From positions 42,594,001 to 42,658,000 of the forward strand of contig OX597814.1 of the NCBI GenBank assembly GCA_951406725.2: a stretch of DNA of 64,000 nt, read 5' to 3'. Shown in pieces: positions 1 through 12,235 of the stretch. Both the position numbers and the translations under genes were made by a program. Each line of letters opens with the position of its first letter. Position 1 is the stretch's first letter. This stretch comes from Octopus vulgaris. Its lineage: Eukaryota. Below the pieces are notes generated by a model. The model ran no database searches. It worked only from the letters and a program-made list of their open reading frames with translations, and was not told the origin of the DNA.

Positions 1-1065
1 TCTCCGTTTTTGGACTCGCCCTACACCATGGATCCTCACACTCTCGATTCCGTCAGAAACAGGGTTACGTATTCAGTCTGCAGACCGTCTCTGCAACCTC
101 CTTAGTAAACAATCTTTATTTTATCCTATCTTATATCCACACAGTTTTTTTTACGCTGTTATACTCTTTTTTTTTTCGATTTGTTATCGTTTTTTCCGTC
201 GAATTTTTTAATTCAAAAATAAAATGTTTAATTGTATTAAAATTTTATATTTTTTATAATTGTGCTAACTTCTGTTATTCTTTTTATTTTTTATCTTTTA
301 TCAGTAGTTTTGTAATTTCTTATTAATTAATTTTGGTTTTTTTCATTTTTTACCTTTCCCCGTTTCCCCTATATTTTATAAATTTTTTAAAAATCTTATT
401 TTACATACACACACGTATATATATATATACACACACACGCACACCCACACACATGAGCGCACATATATTTCCCATACATCACGTACTCTTCCCACACACA
501 TCATGCACATACATGCACACCCATACATACACGTGCGCGCATACACACCGCACATACACACACATACACATGTGTGTATGTGTGTATATGGGCGCGCACA
601 AAGAAGAAACATTCAACTACACAAAAGACCGCTCTTCTTACCATGCAGCTGTATTCTTCCTACCTTAACAGACGCAAAATTCACTCATACATACACATAT
701 AAACAGCCAACACTACACACATACAGCACACACACATACATACACCTGCATGCGCACACATACTCACACACATACACATTGATGTCTCCTTTTCCTACAC
801 TCTCCTGCCTTAGAAATAACTTTTTCTTTACCCATTCTCTTCCGGTCAATTCAACATGTAACCATATGTGGGTCGTTGGCGAATCCTCACCTCCGTCTTC
901 CTTTTGTCTTGGACTATCCTCTGTCTCCTGTTTCTGAAGAAGAATTTTGCTCGAAACGTAATACTACTTTTCCTTCGTTCCCTGAACGTGTGCTTATACT
1001 TTGCATGTACCACGTCCTCGCGTTGTATTTTCTTGTGTTTTTCTTCGATTTTTTTTTTGTATTAA
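1..1065 (+). mobile_element. 3' end of a Penelope-like element (GIY-YIG C-terminus, CA-rich 3' region, terminal repeat with degenerate hammerhead)
   Basis: Frame from nt 3 reads SVFGLALHHGSSHSRFRQKQGYVFSLQTVS, resembling the end of PLE GIY-YIG domains. CTGAAGA-agaattttgctc-GAAACGT at 934-959. Ends at a (TA)n tract. Confidence 0.55.
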
Positions 1066-1371
1066 TTAATTATATATATATATATATATATAATTTCAAC
1101 AATTGAGGGTAACATTAATTAATTATTAATCAATTTCACCAAGTGTTCAGTATGCAAAGGGACCATTTAAGGCGAATTCAAATTATTACATTATATAAAA
1201 GGGCTTAGTAAAGTAAATTACTTTGCCGCATACTGAACTCATTAGAAATAGCAGCCAAAAAACTTTTTTAAAGCTATTTCTAATACTTAAAGAAAATCTC
1301 TCTCATATATAGTGTTTGCTTAATTCAACTCACAAAAGTTTGGGGGTAAGGACATCAATAAATCAAATGCT

Positions 1372-1442
1372 AAGGTTATTTGAGAACGTACGTTTCAAGA
1401 TTAGTCAAAACAACATTTCTATCTTCAGCTCAGAAACTCCTT
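1372..1442 (-). ncRNA. Minimal type I hammerhead ribozyme-like motif (copy 1)
   Basis: Minus strand: AAGGAGUUUCUGAG-CUGAAGA-uAGA...UCUu-GAAA-CGUACG-UU-CUCAAAUAACCUU. Stem I is UGAG/CUCA plus AAGG/CCUU; stem III is palindromic. Confidence 0.65.
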
Positions 1443-1917
1443 GGTTTGGATTTGGAAACACTGAAAGTAAGAACATACCCTTTCGAAGATCCGCTCGTAA
1501 CTAACAGTGCCAACAAACCCAAAATAAGCAAGCGAAGAATTTCTGTTCTCCCCTTTCCACCAGCGTGGGTTAAAATCATCAAACACTATGCTTATTTCGG
1601 TAAATCCGAAGAAATTAATTAGAGGGAGATTAATTATAATTTCAACAATTGAGGGTAACATTAATTAATTATTAATCAATTTCACCAAGTGTTCAGTATG
1701 CAAAGGGACCATTTAAGGCGAATTCAAATTATTACATTATATAAAAGGGCTTAGTAAAGTAAATTACTTTGCCGCATACTGAACTCATTAGAAATAGCAG
1801 CCAAAAAACTTTTTTAAAGCTATTTCTAATACTTAAAGAAAATCTCTCTCATATATAGTGTTTGCTTAATTCAACTCACAAAAGTTTGGGGGTAAGGACA
1901 TCAATAAATCAAATGCT

Positions 1918-1988
1918 AAGGTTATTTGAGAACGTACGTTTCAAGATTAGTCAAAACAACATTTCTATCTTCAGCTCAGAAACTCCTT
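1918..1988 (-). ncRNA. Minimal type I hammerhead ribozyme-like motif (copy 2)
   Basis: Identical to 1372-1442, 546 nt away on the same strand. Confidence 0.65.
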
Positions 1989-2059
1989 GGTATGGATTTG
2001 GAAACACTGAAAGTAAGAACATGGTATGTTCTTACTTTCAGTGTTTCCAAATCCAAACC

Positions 2060-2130
2060 AAGGAGTTTCTGAGCTGAAGATAGAAATGTTGTTTTGACTA
2101 ATCTTGAAACGTACGTTCTCAAATAACCTT
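2060..2130 (+). ncRNA. Minimal type I hammerhead ribozyme-like motif (inverted copy)
   Basis: CTGAAGA at 2074-2080, GAAA at 2106-2109, then CGTACG-TT-CTCA. Confidence 0.65.
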
Positions 2131-2316
2131 AGCATTTGATTTATTGATGTCCTTACCCCCAAACTTTTGTGAGTTGAATTAAGCAAACACTATATATGAG
2201 AGAGATTTTCTTTAAGTATTAGAAATAGCTTTAAAAAAAGTTTTTTGGCTGCTATTTCTAATGAGTTCAGTATGCGGCAAAGTAATTTACTTTACTAAGC
2301 CCTTTTATATAATGTA

Positions 2317-2356
<40 letters not shown>

Positions 2357-3667
2357 GTGTGTATGTGGAGGGGCGTACTTGCTTGTGTGTGCATACTTAC
2401 ATTTGTTTACTCCCTAACAATTTCCATTAGATTAAATATAGTAATTGCAAAACCTACACAAATCCTACAAATTCATTATACTTTCTATTCTATTCTCTTT
2501 ACATATGTGTTTTGGAAATCAAATTCTTTGAACATACATTGAAATTTCGTTTATTTATTTCATCTAATTTATTTCGCATTAACTTCATCATTCCCATTTA
2601 TTTTCTTTATCATGTTTGATCAACACTATTTTATTTCATGGATTCGCTTCATAATCCAACCAAATATTTATCAAATTATTGTCTTCCTTTTATTCTGGCG
2701 TGCTCTCTCGCTTTGTTCCTTTAATTTTTCTCCTAGAAGTAATCATTTCTCCAGAGCACCGTTATCTCTGTATCATTGAGGTTTTTGGTAATTATTTCAC
2801 TTTTTCATTTTGAAAATAGTTTAACATTGCCTTCAACAGGAATAGATATTTACATTCTACTTGATATCTTCGACATAAGAATATATGACTTGGTAAAGTT
2901 ACACACACACACACACACACACACACGTGTGTGTGTGTGTTTGCCTTATATAAACATATTACACGAATATTAGTTTAGTTAACATGTTTGTGGTATTTGA
3001 AATGAAAATTGCCTATTCACTAAAGTTACCGTGAACAAGAATCTCTTCTATGGTAAAAAGGTGTAAAAAAAACATGTCTGCCCAGTGTTATCCCTTGTTA
3101 CCTTCCCAGATGCAGCATTTCTGGCTCTGTAGTTGGTATCAAGGGGAAATTCTGGGTAAATTTAAACTGCACATTTATCTAAAATCCAATCACCAACATT
3201 GCCTGTTTAGCGCTATTAGATCATCAACACATGCTTGTCTTTAATTTGGTCGTATCATTTACCAGAATGTGGAGGTTATCAACCATGTTCAATAACATTA
3301 TTTTCCATCCCTGCTTTTAAATTCGACAATGTGTTGAATGTTATACAATTCATTCTATTCTTAATTTTTCAAAAGGGAATGTAACTCCATTTTAACAATT
3401 CTTCTCGTAGTTCCTATAGCCTTTTATCCACGCGCCCCACTTCGGGCTTTTCTCTTCTTATGTGCTATACATTATTTATTACCACACATTATATTAATGT
3501 TAATAAGGTTGGTTTGAAACAAAAAAGCATTCTGTGGGTAATTATCTCAGACTCTATAGGCAATGAGTGAGGATTTAAATATAGTTGTCTAATTCTTTCA
3601 ATTCTCACCACTTATTGTTGAAGAAAATGCTGCAGATGTGGCATATAATAATTATAAAATGGAATCC

Positions 3668-3700
<33 letters not shown>

Positions 3701-3744
3701 AGTGTGTGTATGTGTGTGTGTGTGTGTATGTGTGTGTGTGGTAC

Positions 3745-4295
3745 AAAGTTTATTTTTATGAGCTATATTTGTTTCATGTGCTGAGAACATGCCAAACATT
3801 CTTTTATAATAAGCTGATGTCCCAGCACAACCATCAAGCACTACCCACATTACATAACGAACTAGAATTCGGGTTAGAGAAGGAGCGAGGAAAGTTGAGA
3901 AGCAAGTATATATAAATAGTGGAAGGCTACAAAAGCGAAAACCGAAAATATAACCAAAAACGAGCAAAAGCGGTAAAAGAGTTATTTCAGCGGTTGTAAG
4001 TACGCCCTTTACCGTATTTATAACAGTACCTTAGCTCTAGGCCGCTATATTTCAGCCTTATAAATTATGGTCTTAGGGAAATAACTCTTTACCCTTTTTG
4101 CTTCCAGCGTTTCAACCTTCTACTTTTTATATATACTTCCTATTCACCTTTTATCCCTTCTTCCCTCCATTTCTAGCTCGTTGTGCCATATGGTTAATGC
4201 CTGATGACTGTGCTAGGACATCAGACGTGTTATAAATTTTTTGGACATGTTCTCAGCAAAAAAAAAAACTAATAGTAGCACATAAAAAAAACATA
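3745..4295. mobile_element. Old inverted pair of PLE-type terminal repeats, each with a damaged hammerhead
   Basis: Arms ~3745-3988 and ~4078-4295 align as diverged reverse complements. The right arm has TGC-CTGATGA-cTGTGCT (4198-4214); the left arm (minus strand) has CAGCACA-t-GAAAC. Confidence 0.7.
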
Positions 4296-4459
4296 TATTA
4301 TGTTTATTAAATGATATTTATCTCTCACAAGATGAAATGTTATTATTTGTTTATTTGTTGATCTTACCATTACGGAACTCTACAATGTATATATAGGAGT
4401 GATATTATAGCTGTGAAATATTTTACGCATTATTTTCAACAGCTCTTATTAATAACTGC

Positions 4460-5918
4460 ATTGCTTCTTTCCAGGTATACTGGCGTCTAACTGCTGAACG
4501 TAGACTTCAAATGTAACTAGTAGCGATGTTTCTTGGAAATGGAAAACAATTGGCATATGCCTTCAATCAAGAGCCTCCAGAAAAAAGGGCTTAGCCCGCA
4601 AGGACATTCATGCTGACATGGTTGCTTCATTAGGTGATGAAATTCCAGTTTTATCACGAGTGCAATCTTGGGCAGCTGAATTTAGGAGGAAAAAGCAAAA
4701 ACTAGAAGAATAATCACGATCTAGAGGACTGCAAATGACACAATGAAGGAAAATATTGATCACGTTACTCACATGGTGACGGATGACAGACGACTGTTTA
4801 TCAGTCAAATAACCAATGGCAAAAGGGACATGAAGGCCTGCAACATCAATATTAGCGGTTGGGAGGCAGTTGCCGGCAACCGTGGAGAATGGCGACGTAC
4901 CGTAAAAGAGGGAATACAAAGGAGTGACAGAGAGAGAGAGAGGAGAAATGGAAAGACAAGAAAAGACGTCAACAAGAAACTATGGCATTACAACCAGCCA
5001 GGAACAGTCTTCGTACATTTGCGGTACCTGCCAGAGGGAGTGTTTGTCCAGGATAGGACTACACAGCCACAGTAGGAAATGTATCAGGATATGAAATATA
5101 AAAGCCGGACTAGACTACTCTATGCACAACTCCATTGTCTCCCGAGACAGAAAGGATGCCAACAAAACCAATGGCATTAATATATTCCGTGAGATAGTTA
5201 GGAATATTTTGGACAATGAACTTGACGTGACGAAGGTTTCTGCTCGGTGGGTGTTACATTTTCTGACAGCTGAACACATCACGGGAAAATCTGCCACAGT
5301 GTGAGGCAAATCCAGCTGTATTCGTTAAAAGTTTCCTGAACCTGAATGAATGTCGTTTTCAGAACTTTCACCCAGAGAGAAAGAAACAATACATGGATTA
5401 GAACATCCCTCCCCATTTGCTCAAGAATGTTTCATCAGCAAAGAAACTGACACCATTACTTTTTTTTTATACACAGGGTATTGTATTTACTTACTATCTT
5501 TAAAAGGGCAACACAACTAACAGAGAGTACTATGTCATAATACTGAGACAGTTACGAAAGGCTATTATGAAGAAACACCTAAGAAAACTACTGAAATGAT
5601 TCCTATTTCATCAGGACAATACTCCAGTACGCACGTCCTTAGTTCCTTAGTTCACAATGAGTATCATGCGTTTCCTAACATGACAAAAGTCACTTGGCAG
5701 GGAACCAGTTGCGCTGGGATGATGAAGGCATACCTCATGGTGGTGACTTTTTTCTTATCAGCAGGATGAAAGCTTCTTCAACAATGAGATTCAAGCACTG
5801 CACCACCGATGGACCTCTGTGGACAGTAAGGGGTATTATATTAAAAAAATAAACCTTCTTTGAACACATTCCATGTGAGTATCTTGGTCAGCCCTTGAAC
5901 ATTTTAGTCGATCCTCGT
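4460..5918 (+). mobile_element. Decayed mariner-family transposon interrupted by an RTE insertion
   Basis: Fragments KGL.RKDIHADMVASLGDE...WAAEFRR, ENIDHVTHMVTDDRRL, NELDVTKVSARWVLHFLT (WVPxxL-like) and FLFHQDNTP. TIR-like end tcagcccttgaacattttagtcgatcctcgt at ~5888-5918. Many stops and frameshifts. Confidence 0.85.
4821..5165 (+). mobile_element. 5'-truncated RTE-clade LINE 3' end with target-site duplication
   Basis: KRDMKACNINISGWEAVAGNRGEWRRTVKEG followed by C-terminal Cys/His motif YICGTCQRECLSRIGLHSHSRKC. Direct repeat AACCAATGGC(A) at 4811-4820 and 5166-5175. Confidence 0.85.
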
Positions 5919-7932
5919 GTGTGTATATATATATATGTATATATACATGCGCGCGCGCCTGTACGCAGCTATATACGGTAGTGTAAATTGATTGTGTTCC
6001 CAATAGAAGTTTAACCATGATATACACGTACTGCTTATGAGAAATGATATCAGCAATTATGCTTAGTAATTCCCTATATATAATTTATAGATAGATAGAT
6101 AGATAGAAAGATAACTGTCACTATTCCGTAAAGGATTTATATTTACTCTGCTGCTTAATGTTTCTTCCATCAGTCAATAGCATGCTTATCGTATCAATCG
6201 TTACGTTGATTGTCATTATTACCTGTCTTTCCTGTACTTTATTTAATTCTCTTATTTTATCCATCAACGTCAATGTTAAACGAAATAAAGGAATAATTAA
6301 ATTTAATTATTTACTCAAGGGATGACTCATCGACATCACGAAATCTATTTGAAGACCATTATGAACGTGTGAAGGACATAATCATGGAAATCTATATAAT
6401 TATTGATATTTTCCCCTACATTAATATATCATCATTATTTTACATAATGCGTCTATCCCTTTGGATTTTAATGTCAAATATAGATCAGTATAGATTAGAA
6501 CCATACGTTTGAAAATGTAGTACAAAATGATTGCACACAATGTATACTGTTATATCCAAGTTACAGAATTTTATTATAAATATATATTTTTGAAACACTA
6601 AAACTGTAGAACTTCAGAGGCATCAGAACTGTGCAAATATCTCTCCAACTCTGCTCAAGAGAAACAGCCATTGACAGACCTAGTTCAAACACAGCGCTCC
6701 TTCTTTACTCTTACTTTCTTGTTTGTTAAATCGCTGTAGTGTAGTCTCAAGAGACATTTTGCAGCTGCTATTATAGTCGCTTGGACTGCAAAATGCATTT
6801 ATTTCCCCGAGTTCTAAAATTCTTAAATGACTATTTGTTTTGAAGATGCGAAAAAAATCAAACATGGCGTATTCGCATTTACTATCGTATGAATTTGAGA
6901 GACGCCATGTCTGTATTCTAGATACGATGCTGCAAATTTCCGTTAAGACAACATTACGTTTAAACACATATTAATAAATGCTTCCTGGTTAGGTATTTTG
7001 TTTCCTATTCGTCACCTCTGGAAAACTAGCGTAGGGAACAACTAATTTAGAATACAAACTAAGAGTCATATTTCATCACTGTACTTTTGTAATTTGTTTG
7101 TGAATAATAAATTGATACTGAAAGATATCGTTGACCAATGACACATTTGAAACGTGAAATGTATGTAAATATAATTATGAAATTATTTGATGTATACATA
7201 CCTGGAAATTCAAGTTATATGTAGATTTATTACTCGTGAGCTACTTGATATATTAAAATATTCCTGAAATATTACTGGACAAATATTTGCTTCCTCGCGA
7301 TTGTGCATCATTTTCTTTATTTTATGTACGTACTATAATTTTTGATGCATAGACAAAGTTTTAAGTAGTCGTCGTTACTTCATAAAGGAAAATTCAGTAT
7401 GTGACAATTAAATTACAAAACAGAAAATCAATTCACAATAATATATAAAATTTCGCAGACTTGGGAGGCTTGGATGTACGTTAATTAGATAAGGAAATTA
7501 CTTGAGGTTTTACAACATCTGAGATATTTGCAATGAAATATGAAAAAAACATATTTCAATTAATATATTGCCTGTAACATTGAGTGTTTTCTTCAAACTT
7601 TTCAACGTATATCAATAGAAAGTCTCAACAAGAAGTACTATCAGTCCTTTCAGAAAACGACACTTGATCTACAAATAAATAATGAAACATTTTTGACGTC
7701 AGTGCATATAAGACTAAAAAGAGTAATGAGCTAAAAAAATTTAAATAATTAAATAATATGTGCACGTTCATGGTCTCAGAATAAAATATTCAACGCTCCA
7801 GGTTAGATTGTATAACGATTTATACACATACATACGCACGCACGCACACACACATATATTCATCCTCGCAAATACACATAAATACGTATTTTATACAGAG
7901 ACAAACAATACTCGAATCAGGCATGTAATAAG

Positions 7933-7971
<39 letters not shown>

Positions 7972-8870
7972 CATATTCTTTTGTATGAAACGCGCTAGCA
8001 GTTACTAATAGATTGATCTCTATTGATTTTTTCATTCATTTATGCAACCTTGTCTTTGAGCTAAGAAACAAAAAAGAATACGATTGTGACTGCTTTTCTT
8101 TTATTGATGGAATTGTTTAAGTTTTATTTTGTATGAATGCTTTTTACTTTTTATGTATTGTTAGTGCTAGCATTAAAAACAAATATGAATAATATACTTT
8201 GTGTTTTTATTGTTTTCCACAGACTACAAATACTGGAATTTTATGCAATATTTAACATGTAGATTTTTAATTTGTTTTTTCTCCATAAAGATATAATACA
8301 TGAGAAAATTGATCCGAAATTAGAAATTTTGTGATATCTAGTTTAAAGAAAATGCCGTCACTATTTGTTAAAGATAATATTCCCTGCAATGGGTAGACAT
8401 TTTCTGAGATGTGTGCTGATGATAAAAATTATACTGATGGGTTATATGTAGAAACTATTTCAAGAAGAATAGATAAAATGTTTTGATAAGAAGCTATCTC
8501 TGAAATTTCGTATGCGTACTTCAAATCTTTGATATTCATGAGGGTAATGCGTACATAACATCCATTTGTTGATATTGGCGTTGTATTATAGATTACACAG
8601 TCTTTCTCTAGTCAGACTGAAGCGTATGTACCTTCATCACTTGTCTACTGCTCCGATAATCTATCTAATATAATCATATTCGAAGCGTATGACTCAGTTC
8701 GCCTGACCGGTAGCTGCATAGCCACATGCTGCAGATACAGTATCATAAATTGAGTATAATAACTTTTGGTTGCTTATTAGATGTTCTCCCAAGATTTCAA
8801 GCTTACTTTTCAAATCCCATGCCTTTATTCGGAGCAAAAATGAAGCATGAAATTTTGGTGAAGGTTGATA

Positions 8871-9032
8871 AGTCCACTACATCAATCTCCGTACTAAACT
8901 GGTACTTATATAATCGACCCTAAAAGGAAGAAAGGCAAAGTCAACATTGGTGAAACTTGAACTCCGAACGTAAAGAGGGACAAGATGCCGCTAAGCATTT
9001 CGCCCAGCGTGCTAACGATAACAGCTCGCCGT
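8871..9032 (-). mobile_element. tRNA-derived SINE family 1 (diverged)
   Basis: Aligns to the younger copies at 23366-23602 and 28181-28410. Confidence 0.8.
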
Positions 9033-9079
9033 ATGGGACAGCAATAACAGCAGCATCAACAACAACAACAATGATAGTA

Positions 9080-9240
9080 AACTTTTCTACTATAATCATG
9101 AGGTCTCAAACTTAAGAGGAGAGGGCTACTCATTTGCATTGACTCCAGTGCTCAACTGGTTCTTATTTCATCGTATCCGAGAGGATGAAAATCAATGTCG
9201 ATCTCGGCGGAAATTGAAATCAGAACGTAAGGACAGACGG
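9080..9240 (-). mobile_element. tRNA-derived SINE family 1 (partial)
   Basis: ccagtgctcaactggttcttatttcatcg...ggatgaaa...gtcgatctcggcggaaattgaaatcagaacg matches the other copies. Confidence 0.75.
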
Positions 9241-9410
9241 ACATGCTCAAGTGTTTAATATCAAACAACTGATAAGCAAATCTTTGGTATTGAGCAGGAT
9301 ATTTAATGTAGTCCGTCTTTTACACCAAGTGGAAGCAATGTACCTGATAACACCTCCAATGAGTTAAGAACAGAAGCCATGAGAGCCACTGCTTGGTACT
9401 GCACCAGGGC

Positions 9411-9415
<5 letters not shown>

Positions 9416-9509
<94 letters not shown>

Positions 9510-9630
9510 CATTATTTTCATCAGCATCATCATCTTCATCATTATCAGTAATAGCTGTAGTAGTAGTAGTAGTAGTAGTAAAATCAGCAACTCCAGAAGT
9601 ACTAGCAGCAGCAGCAGTACTAGCAGCAAC

Positions 9631-9704
<74 letters not shown>

Positions 9705-9748
9705 CAGCAGCAGTAGTAGTAGTTGTGATATTTTTTTTATTATTATTG
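9416..9748. repeat. Compound trinucleotide microsatellite (TTA)n-(TAG)n-(CAG)n
   Basis: Seen directly. Confidence 0.95.
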
Positions 9749-9769
9749 GTTCGTTTCAGTTTTGGTCTT

Positions 9770-9985
9770 ATTCGTCGTAGGATTTATGTGGACAATGGTT
9801 TTCCTACTGTAACCTTTTGTATCCACAAATTTTCAGCAATCTTTCAAGTGCTTAGAACCCGCCTGATATCCCCTCTTGTCCCTAAAAGGCAAAGTTTCTA
9901 CAGGAGCTCTACCGGGCATGCCATTCCGACCTCCTTTAGACATTTATTTACATAGTGGCTTATTGTTCCCAACACACCAATTATT
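9770..9985 (-). mobile_element. RLE non-LTR retrotransposon 3' fragment (family E)
   Basis: Minus strand IIGVLGTISHYVNKCLKEVGMACPVELL*KLCLLGTRGDIRRVLST*. Runs into the microsatellite. Confidence 0.7.
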
Positions 9986-9997
9986 AAAAGCACGAGC

Positions 9998-10058
9998 TTT
10001 ACTCTTTTACTCGTTTCAGTCATTTGACTCCGGCCATGCTGGAGCACCGCCTTTTAGC
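9998..10058 (-). mobile_element. SINE family 2 3' tail fragment
   Basis: Reverse complement of the tail at 27197-27258. A similar fragment lies at ~13960-14008. Confidence 0.75.
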
Positions 10059-10274
10059 TGAAGCATGCTCCACATTCTTCTTATTTCAAATTGTAAGGGG
10101 TTGTATTTTCTTTGTTTCTCTTCCTCTTCCTTTACGATCCTGAAATTAAAGAGGAGTGATGTGTCGATAAATCTGCTATTTCGCTTTTCCTTTTCTATGA
10201 TTGTAATATCTGGTGTATTTGTTTTTTCTAATTTCTGGTTCGTTTATTATTATAATATTGTTTGATTTTTTTTA

Positions 10275-10750
10275 GGCTTATACTCACTCCTAGTAGAATC
10301 CATGCCGGTAACGCCTTACTACTTTGTAACCTTAAATATCCACGAGGTTTCAAGTGCTCAAATCCCTTTTGGTAATCTTTCCTTTATCATTCCCTAGAAT
10401 CTATACAGAACTTTCTATACCAACCTCCTACAATCATTTCTCTATATTATAACTCACAGTTCCATAATCACCAATTACTAGAGACAGATCTTTTACAGTT
10501 TTCATACTCTTAATTCTCACAATTTTCAATTTTCGGAGATAAAACTTATTAATTTCCCATCTTCTTCAGAATCGTGTAATCAAATGCACATGAAGGATTA
10601 ATTACTAAGCATCTTCTGTTTACCTTGTCTATTATTATGTCCGGCTTGTTATCTTGTAGTTTAACTGAGAAAATCCCATGAAATCTTGCATTCCTCAGAC
10701 GTAAGCACTCTTTCAACCTACTGATCGTACCAAGTACTTCTAATTTCAAA
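10275..10750 (-). mobile_element. Decayed RLE non-LTR retrotransposon 3' fragment (family E-like)
   Basis: DNKPDIIIDKVNRRCLVINPSCAFD is the PD..D nuclease region. The 3' part resembles 9790-9860. Confidence 0.65.
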
Positions 10751-10831
10751 TTGCTATTTCTGAAAATAATAATAGTGCAAAAAGAAAGGCTTCAAGAGAA
10801 TTATGCATACCCTGCGTGCAGATGTGTGTGT

Positions 10832-10924
<93 letters not shown>

Positions 10925-11437
10925 TGTGTGTATGTATGTATTCTGCAAATTATTGTATAGCTTACAACGCGTTGGCTACCCATGTTTTTTCATTGAACTG
11001 AATTAATTTTGATCTTAATTTTATTTTAAGTATCACCATTTGAGCTATTTTCACTTCGGTGAAATCAAGGAAGCCTCAAATCCATCAATGTGCACACGCA
11101 CACAGTCACATATCTATGTACATATTTATGTATTTACGTATATATGTACGTATGTATGTATGTTTGTATGTATGTATATATGTGCCCACACGTGTCTACG
11201 CGCATAGGTGATCTATACACATTCAGACAATCATGTACCCACATGAAAAAAAGTGAATAAAATAATATGATCACTTGCTTATAAGGATTTGTTATTAAGG
11301 CAATCAAACCATATATTCATCATTTGGAGCCTCTTGCCCGATATGTATTTCTGTCAAATGTGAAAATCATTTTAGCCTTTTTTTACAGTAATCAGTAATT
11401 TTGCAATCAAAAATATCGACAAAACACGATTGAATAC

Positions 11438-11677
<240 letters not shown>

Positions 11678-11882
11678 ACTAAGTCAATGCATGCGACAAT
11701 TCCATTGTATTTCAGTCTCTTATGCAGGTAGCATTTGGATTTTGTGCAAAATGTAGAATTAATAGAGTGATACTTGTCACCTATATTTACACAAAATCTT
11801 CAGTTCGCGAAGTCTTGGGAGGTGAATAAATTGATAACTAATTGCTTTGTTATCCACTCTATTAACATAATATATTGCAAAC

Positions 11883-11939
<57 letters not shown>

Positions 11940-11964
11940 GTTGTTGTTGTTGTTTGTTGTTGTT

Positions 11965-12235
11965 ATTCTTGCTGTTTTGTCTCCTACAGTCATATCTGGT
12001 CTACTTGCTTCAATAGCAAGGACAGGTTTTATGGAGAAATGCCATGAAATCCTGTAATTATCATTCGATAGGACAGCCTGTAGCTCGTGTTCTGATCACT
12101 TTTCTGTCACTTTGAATCCATAGATTCTGCTAACAACGGAATGCACTCCCTTACCGACACAATCATGCCTGCGAGTACACTCTTTTGTGCTAGCTTACAG
12201 CATTCGGTTAAGTGATATTTAATATTTGCAATTAT
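11965..12235 (-). mobile_element. RLE non-LTR retrotransposon internal fragment next to (TAA)n
   Basis: Minus strand ECCKLAQK/YTRRHDCVGKGVH...NDNYRISWHFSIKPVLAIEASRPDM contains the RHD and RPD motifs. (TTA)n/(TTG)n lies at 11884-11962. Confidence 0.7.

Larger units (their letters stand above)
1091..2323 (-). mobile_element. Non-coding hammerhead-containing repeat: 546-bp unit, partial tandem copy and inverted copy (retrozyme / non-autonomous PLE-like)
   Basis: 1091-1636 is repeated at 1637-2022 (period 546). 2023-2323 is an inverted copy. Copies differ by about one substitution and one indel. (TA)n flanks both sides. Confidence 0.85.

Noticed and set aside
1316-2186. Three copies of the ORF MLNSTHKSLG...
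   Set aside because: Short TTG-start frames, antisense to the hammerhead strand, repeated only because the DNA is duplicated. No recognisable domain.
3100-3330. Minus-strand CVDDLIALN...IYPEFPLDT resembling a decayed PLE RT
   Set aside because: Needs frameshifts and stops; too short to support without a profile search.
6680-6967. 95-aa minus-strand ORF as a host exon
   Set aside because: No recognisable domain and no convincing splice pair.
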